Origin: Botryllus schlosseri
Taxonomy: Eukaryota
Assembly (NCBI GenBank): GCA_051294905.1
Contig: CM119371.1
Location: 19,160,001 to 19,224,000, forward strand
Reading direction: 5' to 3'
DNA length: 64,000 bases
Part shown: positions 26,257 to 40,000 of the stretch, piece by piece
Numbering within the stretch: the first letter of the stretch is position 1
How the letters are laid out: each line of letters opens with the position of its first letter
Notes under the pieces: generated by a model
What the model was told of the DNA's origin: nothing
Seen by the model: the letters and a program-made list of their open reading frames with translations, nothing else
The model's database searches: none
Position numbers and translations under genes: made by a program

Positions 26257-27586
26257 CCTATAATACGCAATACGTACCCTTAAAATGACATGCAAATTCT
26301 GGGAAAAAGCCTGTACCCATGTATAGTACGCAACCACGTCGCACCCTGCATTCGCAGTTACACGAATAGCTTTGTTTTACCATACGATGTCGTTCTGTTT
26401 TGCGGTGTCACTGTTGAACATGAACAATCATGACATATCATCGCATCGCATATCATTATGCAATTAACAGCATTGTCTCTAAGCGATACTAAATAGCAGC
26501 CAAAGCCTGCAAGGCTTGCGACGCGATAGTTCAGGCCAGCGACACAACATCTTGACCACGAGGCCTATTACTGATGCCATTGCTAATCATTATACAATTA
26601 ACGGCATTGTCCCTGCAACCCTGCGATTAGTGAAGTCTTAGGCCAATAAACGGCAAAGCAGATAAATTCTCGAGTAACCTTGAATTCTGACACATCGCTG
26701 TCATTGTACAGAGCAAAGCCGAATTTCACATTTCAAGATCTTTTAGGTGGTACTGGCGCCCTTACATAGTGAAAAATTGTATTTCACATTGACAATACTT
26801 GCAACAATACAGCCCAGGATAATTACCAGTTAATAAATTCAACGATCACCTACGCCTGCTCGACTTTCATTCTGCTGATGACTTGTAATTTATGTATGTA
26901 GCTGACTGTGGTTAGGGTTAGGCTACAGTTATGAATGCCATATTTCAACGGTAACTCGTAAATGAGATGCATCGAGGTGGCGGTGGTGGAGCAAATAAGT
27001 CATGTGAACGGGGCGAAACCAGAACCATAATGAAACCCCATCATGAGATCTCTAGATAGCCATGTGGACCAAATCATGGTCACTCCTCACAAACTATAAC
27101 AAATATGCTATCATGCAGAGCGGACAATACAAACACATGCAGTCTCAAGTACAGGCTATATAGATATAGATCATTGTTGAACAGGTCTACTTTTAGTAAA
27201 CATACAGTATACGCTGTACGTCACACATAGGATACATCAGGGGTCGCCAACTCAAAACGGGTCGCGGGCCACTTTTCAAATTTCGTAGCGGCCGCGGGCC
27301 GCATGAGTTCAATGTCGTTATTAATTAGGCAACCGCGTTATAAAACTCTACGTCAGTACAACGACGTACTACATAAACATAGGCGATGGGCATAGTGACC
27401 GAAAAAGAAGTAATATTTTAATAAAGGAATACAAATCGATTTCATTTTATTTTCAACTCTGAGCTGTGCACGATACCAGGATACGCTTTGCCGAGACAAA
27501 GAAATCGATATTGGGGCTAGCGAGATAACTTACTAACTGAAAGATCATCTCCACCTACAGCTTGATCTTGTGGGGAAGCCCTAAGC

Positions 27587-29209
27587 CAGTGGTTGTCAAA
27601 CTTTTTAAGACACGCCCCCCTTCATAATACTGAAAAATTCCGGTCTCCCTTATAGTCATATCACAAAATGCAACCAGATGGCTAGAAATCCTAACGGATA
27701 GTATGGAGGCATGAAAGGTTATGACCAGGCCGTGTTATTTTTGGCATTTCAGGAGCCAGATGCCAAAACTGCCAAAAATAAAAATTTGAAAATGCCAAAA
27801 ATAAGCAATTTTTGGCATATGCCAAAAATAACACGCTCTGCCAAATAGTGTATTTCGTTCATGGTGTTGTGTTGGCAGGACCTCGTTACAAGCGAGAAGA
27901 GCGTTTGTGAAATGCAGGTTTCTTAATCTGGGTCCAGCCGACCCATTAGGGGTGAAAGCATGGTGTCCTAAATGGTGCGGGCACAGAGAGATTGAACGGC
28001 TGACTGCATTTGGTTTACGTCATACTTTCCATTTGTCCAAAGGCAATTTTACAACCATTTTTGACCGGCTTGTCGAGCATTAAATTTGATAAAATGGGTA
28101 TCAATGAGAAGCTGCCGCAGTACTGATTATTAAAATCGAAATTATATTCTGCTCATGGAACTGGAACCCCCAAAATCAACCACAATTTTTGCATTGTGAT
28201 CGAGTTAAACATTGTGACGCAACAAACTGTCTGGCTATTTCTGAGCTGCATAGTCTCGTTTTGCCAGACAGTCTTGTTGCGTCAATGTTCTTAAACAAGC
28301 TAACCTTCCCAGGACTCTTCCATGCGAGTTGGTAATATTAAAGCCACCTGAAGTGACAAAAGTCCTCCGAAAATATATCGGTAGACTGAAGGAGAAATGA
28401 TAGTCGGGCTAATAAATAGAATGTGTTGAGAGACAACACATGAAACTCCTGGAAAGGGATCGGGAAGAAAATTCTTTCCGCGATGAGATCGGTGGCACTG
28501 GCGAAGTGATCTCTTTTCATGATGCATGTAAGCCGGTTCGGCCCTCCAAAGATTTTGAAGCTCTGAAAACCTTTTGTGGATGACTGGCAACATTCTTTCC
28601 CTCAACGGCTACTGTTGAAGCCGATATTTCCCAGATTCGCTGGGCGAGAAAAGAATTTAGGAGAAACTTAGCTGACCTGAGTTTAGAAGCACTGTTACAG
28701 TGCAAACGATTTAAGTCTATTCAACAGCTGTAACAATCAGCTGTTGAGCGTGTTTGTTAGGCTTTTTTTTCTCATTGGCCCCGATTCCGATGGATACTGC
28801 ACATTTTGTGGTTTCGTTTGATATTATTAACCTATGAAATCGTTAGGTTTTTTATTTTTCTTATTGTTTTTTGGCACTGATTATACGTGAATGCTGCACA
28901 TTTTGTGGTGTCTTTTGACAAACTAGCCCAAATAAAGCGTTTTGTGACTAATTCGAGGCTGAAACTATCTATTTAGAGGACGATGCCAAAACTGCCAAAA
29001 ATAAAAATCGAAAAATGCCAAAAATAAGTTATTTTTGGCAGTTTTGGCATATGCCAAAAATAACACGGCCTGGTTATGACTGTTGCTTAGAAAATTCTAT
29101 AATATGAATTCCGAACTATACACAAAATCAGTTGACCGCAGCTCCGCGCCCCCTTCAGATGCTTTCACGCCCCCACAAGAGGTGTGCGCCCCCATGTTGA
29201 GAACCACTG
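27587..29209. mobile_element. hAT-type MITE, middle shell
   Basis: TIR CAGTGGTT(G/C)TCAA. TSD CCCTAAGC/CCCTATGC. An uninterrupted relative lies at 15004-15311. Confidence 0.85.
27726..29072 (+). mobile_element. Internally deleted hAT-like element with a C-terminal transposase remnant (inner shell)
   Basis: Perfect TIR CAGGCCGTGTTATTTTTGGCAT, TGCCAAAA subterminal arrays and perfect TSD GTTATGAC. Remnant FCG*LATFFPSTATVEADISQIRWARKEFRRNLADLSLEALLQCK at ~28570-28710. Confidence 0.9.
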
Positions 29210-29766
29210 CCCTATGCCGTTTTCTAAGCGTCGCGGTCTTGGCAGTGTTTGGGCCATTGCACGTCAAGGCAATATGCTCATGCTCATATCAGCTGATTAT
29301 TCTCCCTCGATGGAATGCAGTTGCCATCGCCGATGCCATTAAAGCTAGTGACGAATAGTGATGTTGGGCGCAAGAGAATAGCTTGTTTTGAAACAACAGC
29401 AACAACAATATGTTGAAACTGTAGTCAATTTCAGCATTTCAAAAATGATTTTCTTATATTTATTCCGAAATCTCAAATCATGTCGCGGGCCGCAAAATAT
29501 GACATCGTGGGCCGCATGCGGCTCACGGGCCGCGTGTTGGTGACCCCTGGGCTACATGCTGTGATTTGAGATATGCTTGATTTCGAATTCATGATTCAAA
29601 TCACAATTAAACGATTTTCATCCCAAACTACAGTGGTATAAAAATATTGAAATGGGACCAAATATATGAAATACGGGCGTCACACTAGCAGTATTGTAAG
29701 ACTGAGAATTTTGAAAAAGTTTCCTCTTTCCAGATTTCCTAAATATGGTGAGTGGTATCCCTAGTG

Positions 29767-32700
29767 CAGTGCTTTTCAACCTTTTTGAGCTCCATTTGCA
29801 CTTTTTTTGTAAAATAAATTTTCTTTGCACAAACTAACCGAAAATTGCTATACAAAAAGAACATGAAGATACTTCACAACATTTTGTTCAGATATGCAAC
29901 AAATTGGCTACTATGTATCTTAAGCTATCGAGTGTCTCATTAAAAGGCAACTGTTTTCGCTCAATTTGATTTCAACTATTTCACTAAAACGCGTCTCGGC
30001 CAAACAAGTTGTTGGGTTTTGTACAAGAACGTCTACTAGTGCTTGGATGGCCAGGTCTTGAAGTCTCTTCTGCAATCCCATCCAAAATGCAGTGTATTTT
30101 TTGCGAGTGAATAATGCTTCCTGACAGAAATCGTTTTTGAGAGCTGACACAAAGGTCCTGGAGGCTCCAGTTTGTCGAAAGTGTGAAAAATTCACATGCT
30201 AGTGTTGAGGCTTTAGCCTTATGTCTTGGAAAATATGGCTCAAAACGATCAAGGAGAGTAGGCACGTTAGATCTCGCTACCTTATGACACGTCCCTCCAA
30301 CTTCTGGTATTTTTTTCCGATTTCCCATTTTTTGTCTCTCGAGTAAACGAGAAGAGAAATAATCTCACGATACCGTGTGTTCTTCTATTTAGCTTAATCT
30401 AAGTTGAGAATTCATTACAGTTTGAAAACGGTAAAGCAGCTTTTTTGACTCAACAAAATCTTGAGTTTTGTGGCATCTCACGACCCAAGCCTCACCCATG
30501 AAAAGGAATTCATTTTTAATGTAAGAGTAGTATACTACGATTTTACGGACAAGTGTGACATACATAACACGCACAGGACTATTCTATGCTAAACACAGCT
30601 CTACAAAACATGCCGCACGCAATTTCAAATCATGGTGATTCAGTAAAATAAATTCCTCTGCGTGTCGCAGTTTTACTACTGAGTCAATCCGTGTCAGTTC
30701 TCCTGGCCACTGTAACCACTACCTCGGAATTTTATGAAAATTGGTATGCTTACAGAACTTTATTTTCTGATTTGAGAAAAGTTGATATTATCAAAATCGG
30801 TCAAATAGAATAGAAGATATGACCCTCCAAAAATTGCTGTTTTTGTAATCGCTCAAGCGGAAAAAATGCTAAAAATTCAGACATGTCATTTAAATTTGCC
30901 CTATTTTGGTCAAATTACGGGTGTTGAGGGTGATACTTTCAAACTTTGTCATTTACACCCTGCTTCATACTTATACCCCTTGCTCGACACCTGAGGTTGC
31001 ATAGCTTGACCTGTGACCCCATGATTTTGTTCGCACTTTCAGAAATCACTCACGCGTGACGGCATTTTCAATTGCAAATATCTCTTGCTGACCAGGTAGT
31101 AACACCAAGTTTGAGGTGTCGTTGGAAAGCTCTTGTAAAGGACTTTTGAAATCAACAAAAATACTAGTGGGGAATTAATCGAAACAATCCAAAAATTTGT
31201 TGTAAAACAGTCTTTAAAAAGTTGTCACGTTTTTGAAAATTTTTACTATTATACATTCATAACAGGCTGCAAGCCTATTGATTAAGTCTTGTATTTCTAG
31301 TATAGGTTCCGTTTTTGAAGCTGGTTCTCACAAAAAAGGTTTCCACTACCAAAAACAAAAATTAAAAGTAGATCATATTTTATCAATTGAAAATTGGATA
31401 TGTCAAAAGAAAAATTTAATCTCAATGTTAAAGCAAAGCTTGTCAAGGTTTTCAAGGTGATGAGATGCCAGAATTAGTGGAGATGGCAGACAAATAAAGT
31501 GAAAAATTGTAATGAAGCAACTTTCGAAAATATAATATAAAAAGAAAAATCAATAATCCAAATTCATCAAGAGCTCAAATCGTTCGAGTCCTAACAATGG
31601 CTCCAGAAAATCTCAAAATTTTTGAGCAAATGAAAGGTTGGTGAGAGATGCCAAAGAGCAAGAAAAAGACAATGAAGTTTGTTCTTTGCCAGCACCACGA
31701 AAAGGAAAGTAACTTTCAGAAGAAACTAGGAACTAACATGCATATAACATCTTTCAATCTAAATTCTCATCTTACACTCATAAAACAAACTCTGTAGAAT
31801 ACCTAATTTCACTTTTATTCTATCTGTCAATTACTTTGTATGGAGGGTAATCGGTATAATTCAAACAGATAATTGCTCACATAGAATGTGTTGACAATAA
31901 TTTTAAAAAGATTTTTAAGAACGTAAGGGAATTTTGCTGCACAGTTTGAGTTGAAAACACAATACTTTGAAGCAGATATCAGAATACTGGATGTGTCCTA
32001 GATGCTTCTACACTAACTCACCAATTTGGTCTTAATTGAGAGCTAGTCCAATATTTAAATCAGGGTTTCGCTGTTTAACAGGGCCTTTAATTCTTTCAGA
32101 GTACATAAAAGTTGATGTTTTTCTTGATACACATTCTTTTTAATGCCAACTCGGTCTTTCATTCCTATCATCATCCTGCTACATTCGTTGTTTTAAAAAA
32201 AAATTACAACCTTTTGAATTCTTTCCTCCTTTTCGTGGTGGTGGCAAAGAATATCCGTTGTCTTTTTCCTAACTCTTTGGCATCTCTCACCATCCTTTCA
32301 CTTACTCAAAATTTTTTTTTCTTCACCAATGTTACTGGAGCCATTGTTAGGACTGGAATTTTTGGAGATCTTGTTGAATTTGAGTTACAGTACTTCTTTT
32401 TTCCAAACCTGATTCATTTCTATTTTTCACTTTATCTGGCTCTACTAATTCAACTTGAAATACCCTGACAACTGCTTTACAATTGAGATTTATTTTTGAA
32501 TTTTTTGTCTTGTCCCATTTTTAATTAATATAATAATAATACATTTTGAATTATTGATGATTTCTGCTTTTGGTAATGGAAAAACTTTTTGTGACAACCA
32601 GCTTCCAAAACAGAACTTATTTTACGAATATTCATGCTACAAATATAAGACTGACACCTGTTATGTTAAGTAAAATTGCAACAATTTTCAAAAACTCAAC

Positions 32701-34551
32701 AATTTTTTCAAGACTGTTTCACAACGAATTTTTTAAATGTTTCGATTAATTCCCCACTAATATTATTGTTGATTTCAAAAGTCCTTTACAAGAGCTTTCC
32801 AACGACACCTCACACTTGGTGATACCACCTGGTCAGCAAGAGATATTTGAAATTGAAAATGCCGTCACGCATAAGTGGTTTCTGGAGGTACAAACAAAAT
32901 CATGGGGTCACAGGTCAAACTATGCAACCCCATGTGCCAAAAACGGGTAAGAGAATGAAGTAGGATGTGAATGACCAAGTATGAAATTATCACCTGCAAT
33001 ACCCTTAATTTGACGTAAATATGACAAATTCAAATTACATGTATAAATTTTATACATTTTTTCCGCTTGAGCGATTACAAAAACAGCAATTTTTGAACGG
33101 CCATATCTTCGATTCTAGTTGACCGATTTTGATGAAATTTGTTCTTCTGAAATCAGAAAATGAAGTTTTCTATGCCTGCCAATTTTCATGAAAAACTGAA
33201 AAATTGGTTACATTTTTCTGTTTTTCTGGTGAACTCGACATGGAGTTACAGTACTGTAACTACTGTCTACTCAGATTGCCAGAACAGAACCATTTCGTGC
33301 CGACAACGAAGCATATCTATATCGAAAGGTTTGGCCATCCAGCATCAGTCATTTTTCGGCCAAGGTTTATCGCCGCTTATGTGTTTGGGACCGCATTTTA
33401 TCAGCGGTTTGTTAGTCGAAACTTTACGTCTTCATGTGCCCCAACGCAGAAGTGGTTGGCCTCGAAATGAATGAGTCTCACAGGCCTGAGCTCGCTTGAT
33501 GCTCATCCTTGCACTAGTTCATCCCACCGGTCTTGGATCATGTTTTACTGAAAAACCAGTTGGACAAATCTTGTCATGAATTCTCACGAAAAAGTCATAT
33601 TGTCTGAGTATCTCGCTTATTGGCTACAGTACCTAACACAGTGACCTTAGATATGTGAATACTATCAGAGTTTTTTTTCGCATCAAATACAATAATGTTA
33701 CATGCATATGGACATGATAGCTCTGGCATCGTGTCGACCCAAAATTATACCCTTTGCGGTCCATACTTCAATAAACCTTGAATGGGTTAAATTTTGCGCT
33801 GTAGCAACTTGCAATTGTGAGACTCTATGATGGTATTTCTAATATCCTCGCGCTAATCGAGCAGTTATTACGAAAATATGATGATTGCTTAGCGAAAGAA
33901 AGCAGAAAGTCAATTTGAAGTAATTTTTTTTAACCTGTCGCAGGTTCAGAAGGGCTGATATACGGTATGTCTGCCACTACACCAGCTTCCAAACCAGGCT
34001 TGTGGTCCATACTATATTAACCCTTTGCAGGGTAAAAATTTGCCTTACAGTAACTTGTAATGGTGAGTCTGCAATGGTGGTATTTACTTGTACCCACGTG
34101 CCTCGCGCTAATCGAACGGTTATTACGAAAATATGATGATAGTTTAGCGGAAGAATGCAGAAAGTCAATTTGACGTCATTTTTCCAGCCTGTAGCAGGTT
34201 CAGACGCCAGACGGGCTGATATGCTGTATGTCTGCCACTACACCAGCTTCCAAACTAGCCTTTTGGATACCGGTACGTAGTAATTATAGTGCGAAAATAA
34301 TAAATCACTACTGCTGGTGGAGAGCTACGATTAGTGGTGTGTCGTAAATCAAACAAGTTTTTACAATTGTGTCTCACTTACAACAGTTACACTGCCATTA
34401 AATTTCCTGCTAGGTTTATTTCAATTATTCCACGTCAGCAAAATTAACTATTATTCACGATTTCCATTCGCACTCATCTGGATTTTTCATTCGCACTGCA
34501 ATTTTTTTCATTTGCACAAGTGCGAAGCGTCACACAGGTTGAAAAGCACTG
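29767..34551. mobile_element. hAT-type element with decayed coding remnants and a nested long-TIR element
   Basis: TIR CAGTGCTTTTCAACC…GGTTGAAAAGCACTG. Perfect TSD CCCTAGTG. Possible hAT remnant LLDRFEPYFP (minus, ~30230-30260). Confidence 0.85.
30708..33253. mobile_element. Long-TIR foldback element (~1-kb diverged inverted arms), non-coding
   Basis: 30725-31700 is the reverse complement of ~32250-33205 (e.g. AATTGCTGTTTTTGTAATCGCTCAAGCGGAAAAAATG and GAGGTGTCGTTGGAAAGCTCTTGTAAAGGACTTTTGAAATCAAC). Candidate termini ACTGTAAC…GTTACAGT. No TSD resolved. Confidence 0.8.
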
Positions 34552-35017
34552 CCCTAGTGTATTTGAATTATACGCCAGATACCTTTGCGATCTTTTACAG
34601 TATATTCCATCCATTCGACTAATATATCTATCTGAGGTAATACTGTCGTGACATTCTCTTTTTAGTTGTTAGATCAAGGACTAACACAGGAAACACGCGT
34701 CTACCACTGCAAGTAAAGTATTATCTACCCAGCCAGGTTACAACCCTTGCAAGTTTATCAGATGCCTTCTTATAACTATACTAAGCCGGACTAAGACCAG
34801 TCGTCCTTTTTGAAATAAATTTGCGTGTGATGGAAGGGTTTCTTGCATAGAATAATCAACTAATTAAATATTTACCTATTCTATGCAAGTGACCTTCCTG
34901 TCACCCATATTTTTTGTCAAAAACAACCGCGGCCTGCTGAGTCTGGTCTGTAACCTACTCTATCGGATGCTGCGAGTCAGATTATCCTGATCAAAATTGA
35001 TCTATGAACGATAGCTG

Positions 35018-36027
35018 CGGAGATGCCACTGGGATATTTTGGCCCAGATGGAGACGCCAAATAAACCCAGAAAAAAACAGATCCTATATTACACCGAAAT
35101 GACAGTCATTAGGCTATTACAGTCACGCAGTAATAGAAGTAAGATTTAGCCCGTGACATTGAAATTACAAGCGTCTATAGGCCTACTCTACATTTTGCTG
35201 CGTGAACATTGCAAATCCCACAAAAGTACCGTATCTTGTTTTACTCTCAACGCATTGCTATGAAACAATTGATGCGCCGCGACTGTTCGAAACAATGCCA
35301 TTCATCCTCATCTTTGAGGATGATTTTCGGGTATTTCCATACAGCGATCGGACCAGTTGAAAGTTACTTTCGGTTGATTAAACCATGGGATATGGAGAAA
35401 TGTTCAGTCGCAAACACTGTCCTAGTGTCCAATCATGAAATTCAGAGTATATTCAAATGTGCTGATAACCAACCCCTCCGACTATCATTACTGGTGTGTC
35501 CGACTGTCTCTGAGTATCCCTGTAGAAAGTGAATATACTCAGATACCCATGTGCACAGTTACATATTACTTATTGATAGACAACATATCTATTGGAGTGA
35601 TTCAAGTCATTCATTCAAGTCTTAAATCGTTATAAATTGTAAGAAAACGGCTCCACTGAGTTGCCCTCTGAACAAGATTTTTTCGACCTGTAAGTTGGTA
35701 TTCAATGAAGCTCCATCGCATTGCGGATCGCACCGAGGCCTATCATTTTACTAGTGAAAAAGTGTCTCACAATAACTCGTTACGCCATTACAACAATGAA
35801 TAATAACGAAATCAATCAACAATTCTATAGATATCCTTACAATGCCGAACTGAACTGCGTGTATTTTATGACATTATGATCTAACTAATCTAACAATCTT
35901 CGAGTGTAAAATTGACCTGACGAGCATTATGTTAAAAAAAAAAGATTTTAAGGACAAAACCCCAGAAACCCAGGTGATGCTCGAAAAACCCAGATCTGGG
36001 TGGAAAAGCCCAGGAGTGACATGTCTG
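35018..36027. mobile_element. hAT-type MITE with CCCAG/CTGGG subterminal motifs
   Basis: Degenerate TIR CGGAGATGCCACT…AGTGACATGTCTG. TSD GATAGCTG/GATGGCTG. The empty site is visible in the paralogous block at ~2315 (GAACGATAGCTGCATTATGG). Confidence 0.85.
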
Positions 36028-37099
36028 GATGGCTGTATTATGGCTATGTAACTGAAATACTAATCTGAAACGAGCAAGAATTTCTCTTCAATACGTATAC
36101 AAACACCTTTGACAGCGAAAAGCACGTGAACACTGCATTCCGTAAGCTAAGCTGATAGCTGTGCAAAGCTGCGCTTTCGCTCGGCGCTAGGATCGTAGTA
36201 GGGAAATTCCCGTAATCATAGGTGAGACTATAGATAACTAAGGTAAACCGTAGATACGACACTCACGATCGTCACGCTCCAGTTATACTCTACGGTACTG
36301 TTGTTGTTTTGCCGGGAGCTTGTGTACGAAGAGCTGGATTACGGCATTTGGACAGGAATATCTATTCATGAGAATAGATGAGATAGGTTTAGCCAGGTTC
36401 TGCTCCCTTTGGTTATCAACCAAGGTTGTATGGTTGATAATTCACAATCTCTGCCCGGGAAACGTACAGGTAAATACAATTTTTAAGCCATAATAAATGA
36501 CTATACCACACAAGTAGAAATTCAGAGATTGGAAGTAATTACGGGTTGGATTAGAAAAAGCATTCTGGTTGCCCTGATCTAAATCCCTTCTAATATTGGA
36601 GATATCTTGATATGCATGAAGTTATGCTGCAGTGATAAGAATTATTGTTACTTGACAGGCAGTTAACTGTGTAATAAATTTAGAAACCAACAGCCGTGGC
36701 AATCTACAGCTTCATTTTGCTGTGAATTCAGTGGATAATGATTGAGTGTTTTACAAAGAATAACTATTTCATATAAGGCTCAAGGTTGTTACCAGGGTTT
36801 TGCCTATTGAGTTCGCTGATATGTGGTCAATATATAGCTGTTGAGGTTTGTGCAGAATACAATGCAGCGATGCCGAGTGTAGTCTCACAATCACTGACTA
36901 ATCGGTAAGATCTATGCAGAATCAAAGCAAGGGGCAGTAAACAATCCGTAAAATATTCAAGTCATTGTAAGAAATGTTTTATGGTATTTCACATGATATC
37001 GGACTTTCTGCGACATCACGTCCATTTGCGAAGTGGTAGCATGCAGTAAAATCATGGGTTTTCTAATCAATCCAGTCACTGTATGTAAACTATTTAACG

Positions 37100-40000
37100 A
37101 TGGCACCAACACACTGTGCAATGCCGGGCTGCAATTGGTCACGTTCCAGCAAGACAAAGCGTGCATTATTCATAATCCGCCAACCCCAATTTGCAAAGAC
37201 TGCTGAAGAGAGATCTCACCGGGAAAAGTTAACAAATTTCATCTTGTCTCTCAGAGACCACACTCGGGGAGATATTATAAAAGATATGTTACATAAAGAA
37301 ACGTAAGTCGATACTTCCGCAAGCGTTGCGTGTAAATGTGGCCTAATGTGCCATGGTTATTGGCTGATCTAGTCGACGATATTAGAATTATAGTATTTAA
37401 TGTTGCAGTGCTGCCATTTGCGACCATCACTTCGCTAAAGATGATGTAGTTTGGACTACTGGCGGTAAAAGACCCAAGCTCCGTCTTGGTGCTCTACCAA
37501 CAAAAAATATTTCAAAACAATCATCCTCTAGCTGCCAACCCCACAGGAAGTCTCCTACACCTAGGAAAGAACTTCCTCCAAAAAAGGTTTACGCCTGTCT
37601 GACAACCGTGAAAACGGCTGCTAAATGCTTGAAAGAAATTTACAAAGGTAAAAAGTTTTGTTGTGCTGCTGTACCTACCTTTCTTGTAATAACGCCTATG
37701 AATTGCTAGATTGCTGGCTCATAACTGAGGAGGATGATCATTTGGTCATACAGAAAAGAACCGGATTGTTTGAAAGCATAGTACCTGAATTGAGGTTTGT
37801 TGTAGTAGTAGGCTGCTTAGTCTAAGATGTGGGTGAAATTACGAGTTTTTATATTTTGAAAAAAAGAGTTGTAATAGACGAGACTGTCACGATACAGTCA
37901 ATCTCATGTTATGGCTGGCAAGTAGAACCAGAAAAAGTACAGCTCCCTCAGCTATCATTCTGCACTCTGACTTCATTTCTAGGTGAGTAGTAATGGTTCG
38001 AGTTCATCATGGTGATTGCAAAACTTGAAAGTTGTTTTGTTCAGATCAACTTAACAGGATTGCTTTATGCAAGGGGCTTGCAGACAGCATGACAGGCTGT
38101 GTGCATCACACAATAGTACGATGGAATGGGGACAGAGTAGTGGCCAAGGATGTATTTAGGTCATCTGGTTGTTATGTACTAGGCAAGTAGTATAATTTGG
38201 TTCAGATGATTTGTATGTATGTCGGCAGTAGGCCATCCATGAGGTAATTTCAATGCAAGAATAACTTTTCAGGGAACAGTTTTGACACAGATGGCATTTG
38301 CACCGCTTGTAGTAATTTTATGCAAAGGGGCAGTTTCAGTACTCATGAAGAACTTGAAATTGATGAGATTGAATGTGATCAGCAGGTGGTGTTATTGCTT
38401 CCAGATCAGCTTTGTTTGTAAATTATTAATTATTTCAGGAGTCAGTCAGTCGAAGCAAATGGCAGAACATTTTTGCTAATGCTCAGTCGAGCAACATGTC
38501 TTCGCACAGAAATGCTCGACGATACCCCACTGAAGTGATTCAATGGGCTGTTGAGCTGTTTTCCAGGTCCCCAGCTGCCTACAAATTTGTTCAAGAAAGT
38601 GGTTTCTTGGTATTGCCAACGTCAAGGACAATCCAACGTTTTCGGTAACACTTATTCATGCTACTTGATGATGTGTTCAAAAGTAGATTTATCCACAGGA
38701 ATAAGATCAAGCCTACTCCCGGAATTAATATGATTGCCATCAATGAAATTGAGGCGGTCATGGACGAGCATAAGTCTCTCCCGGCTTATATCACGCTTGA
38801 TGAAATGAAAAGTTGGCACCAATTTTTTTATGATGACATTAGGCACAGCAAGTAAAACTTCCTTTGTCTTTGACAGTTCGTGAAAATGTAGTTGTGAGAG
38901 ATGGCAGGCTGATTGGGTTTGTTGACTCGCCTTTCAATAATAAAGCTGAGATAGCAACACACATTTTGGGTAAAAAATGCATGTTCCATAGCCTACCGTT
39001 GCAGCTTGTCTTCATGATTTTTTTTTACAGTTTTCTATGTCCGTTCCATTCGAAAGGAAATTTCTCTACCATTGGCATGGTATCCAACTCGCTCGCTTCC
39101 ACCTGGTGACCTGGCAGTATACTTCTGGGAGCTGCTATATGAATGCGAAGTCAGAGGGTTAAATATCCATGCTGTTGTAGCTGACGGTCTGTCCATCAAT
39201 CGCAGCTTTTTCAAGCTGATCTCTGGGCAGAAAAAAATACCCCTTGATACAGCATTTACAGCACCAAATATGTATGCACCAGATAGGCTAATATACTTGT
39301 GCTCAGATCCTCCACATCTTCTCAAGGTAAGTATACTTTGAAGTTGCTGAGAAACTTACAAGTTATGCGGGACTGTTAATTGCAGACTGCTAGGAATTCT
39401 CTGCTTTCGTCCAGAAGTGCGGGGTCCAGGTATATGAATATTGATGGCAAGGGCAATGACATATTATGGAGTCATGTTCTGGAACTCTATAACACCGAGT
39501 CAACCAGCCTCGTCCTGTATCAATCTGGGCTAACAAGGGCACACGTGAAATTGAATCCTCGGTCAAAGGTATGTGACCACTCGGCATTTCGTTCATTTAT
39601 TTTCTGATTAATCTATGTGCGTAGATGAATGTGAGGCTGGCAATGGGTGTCCTGAGTGAGAGGGTAGCTATCTGTCTTAAGCAGATGGACCATCAAGGAA
39701 CTGCGGATTTCGTTTTGATGATGTACCGGTATGACCATTGTACGAATAAATGGCATTTTCTACCCAGTCAAATTAATCTTTTTTATGGCAGGTGGTTTCA
39801 CATTGTGACTTGCAAAGTGAACTGTCCATGCAATTTACAACATGGATGATAAAAGAATAAGTTTCCTTCGTGAGTTTGCAGACAAACTGGCAAATTGGAA
39901 AGTAACTAAATGGAATATACCTGCTATTCGTCATCCCAGTCCTATCTCTTCGTTCGATTACAGAAGGACTCCGAAGCTCGAAAAGAGCCCAAAAGGATGA

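Larger units (their letters stand above)
27238..29549. mobile_element. hAT-type MITE, outer shell of a three-level nest
   Basis: TIR CAGGGGTC(G/A)CCAAC with GCGGGCCG motifs. TSD GGATACAT/GGCTACAT. Confidence 0.85.

Noticed and set aside
26909..26923. Telomere-like GGTTAGGGTTAGG
   Set aside because: Only two units; more likely a motif inside a decayed interspersed repeat.
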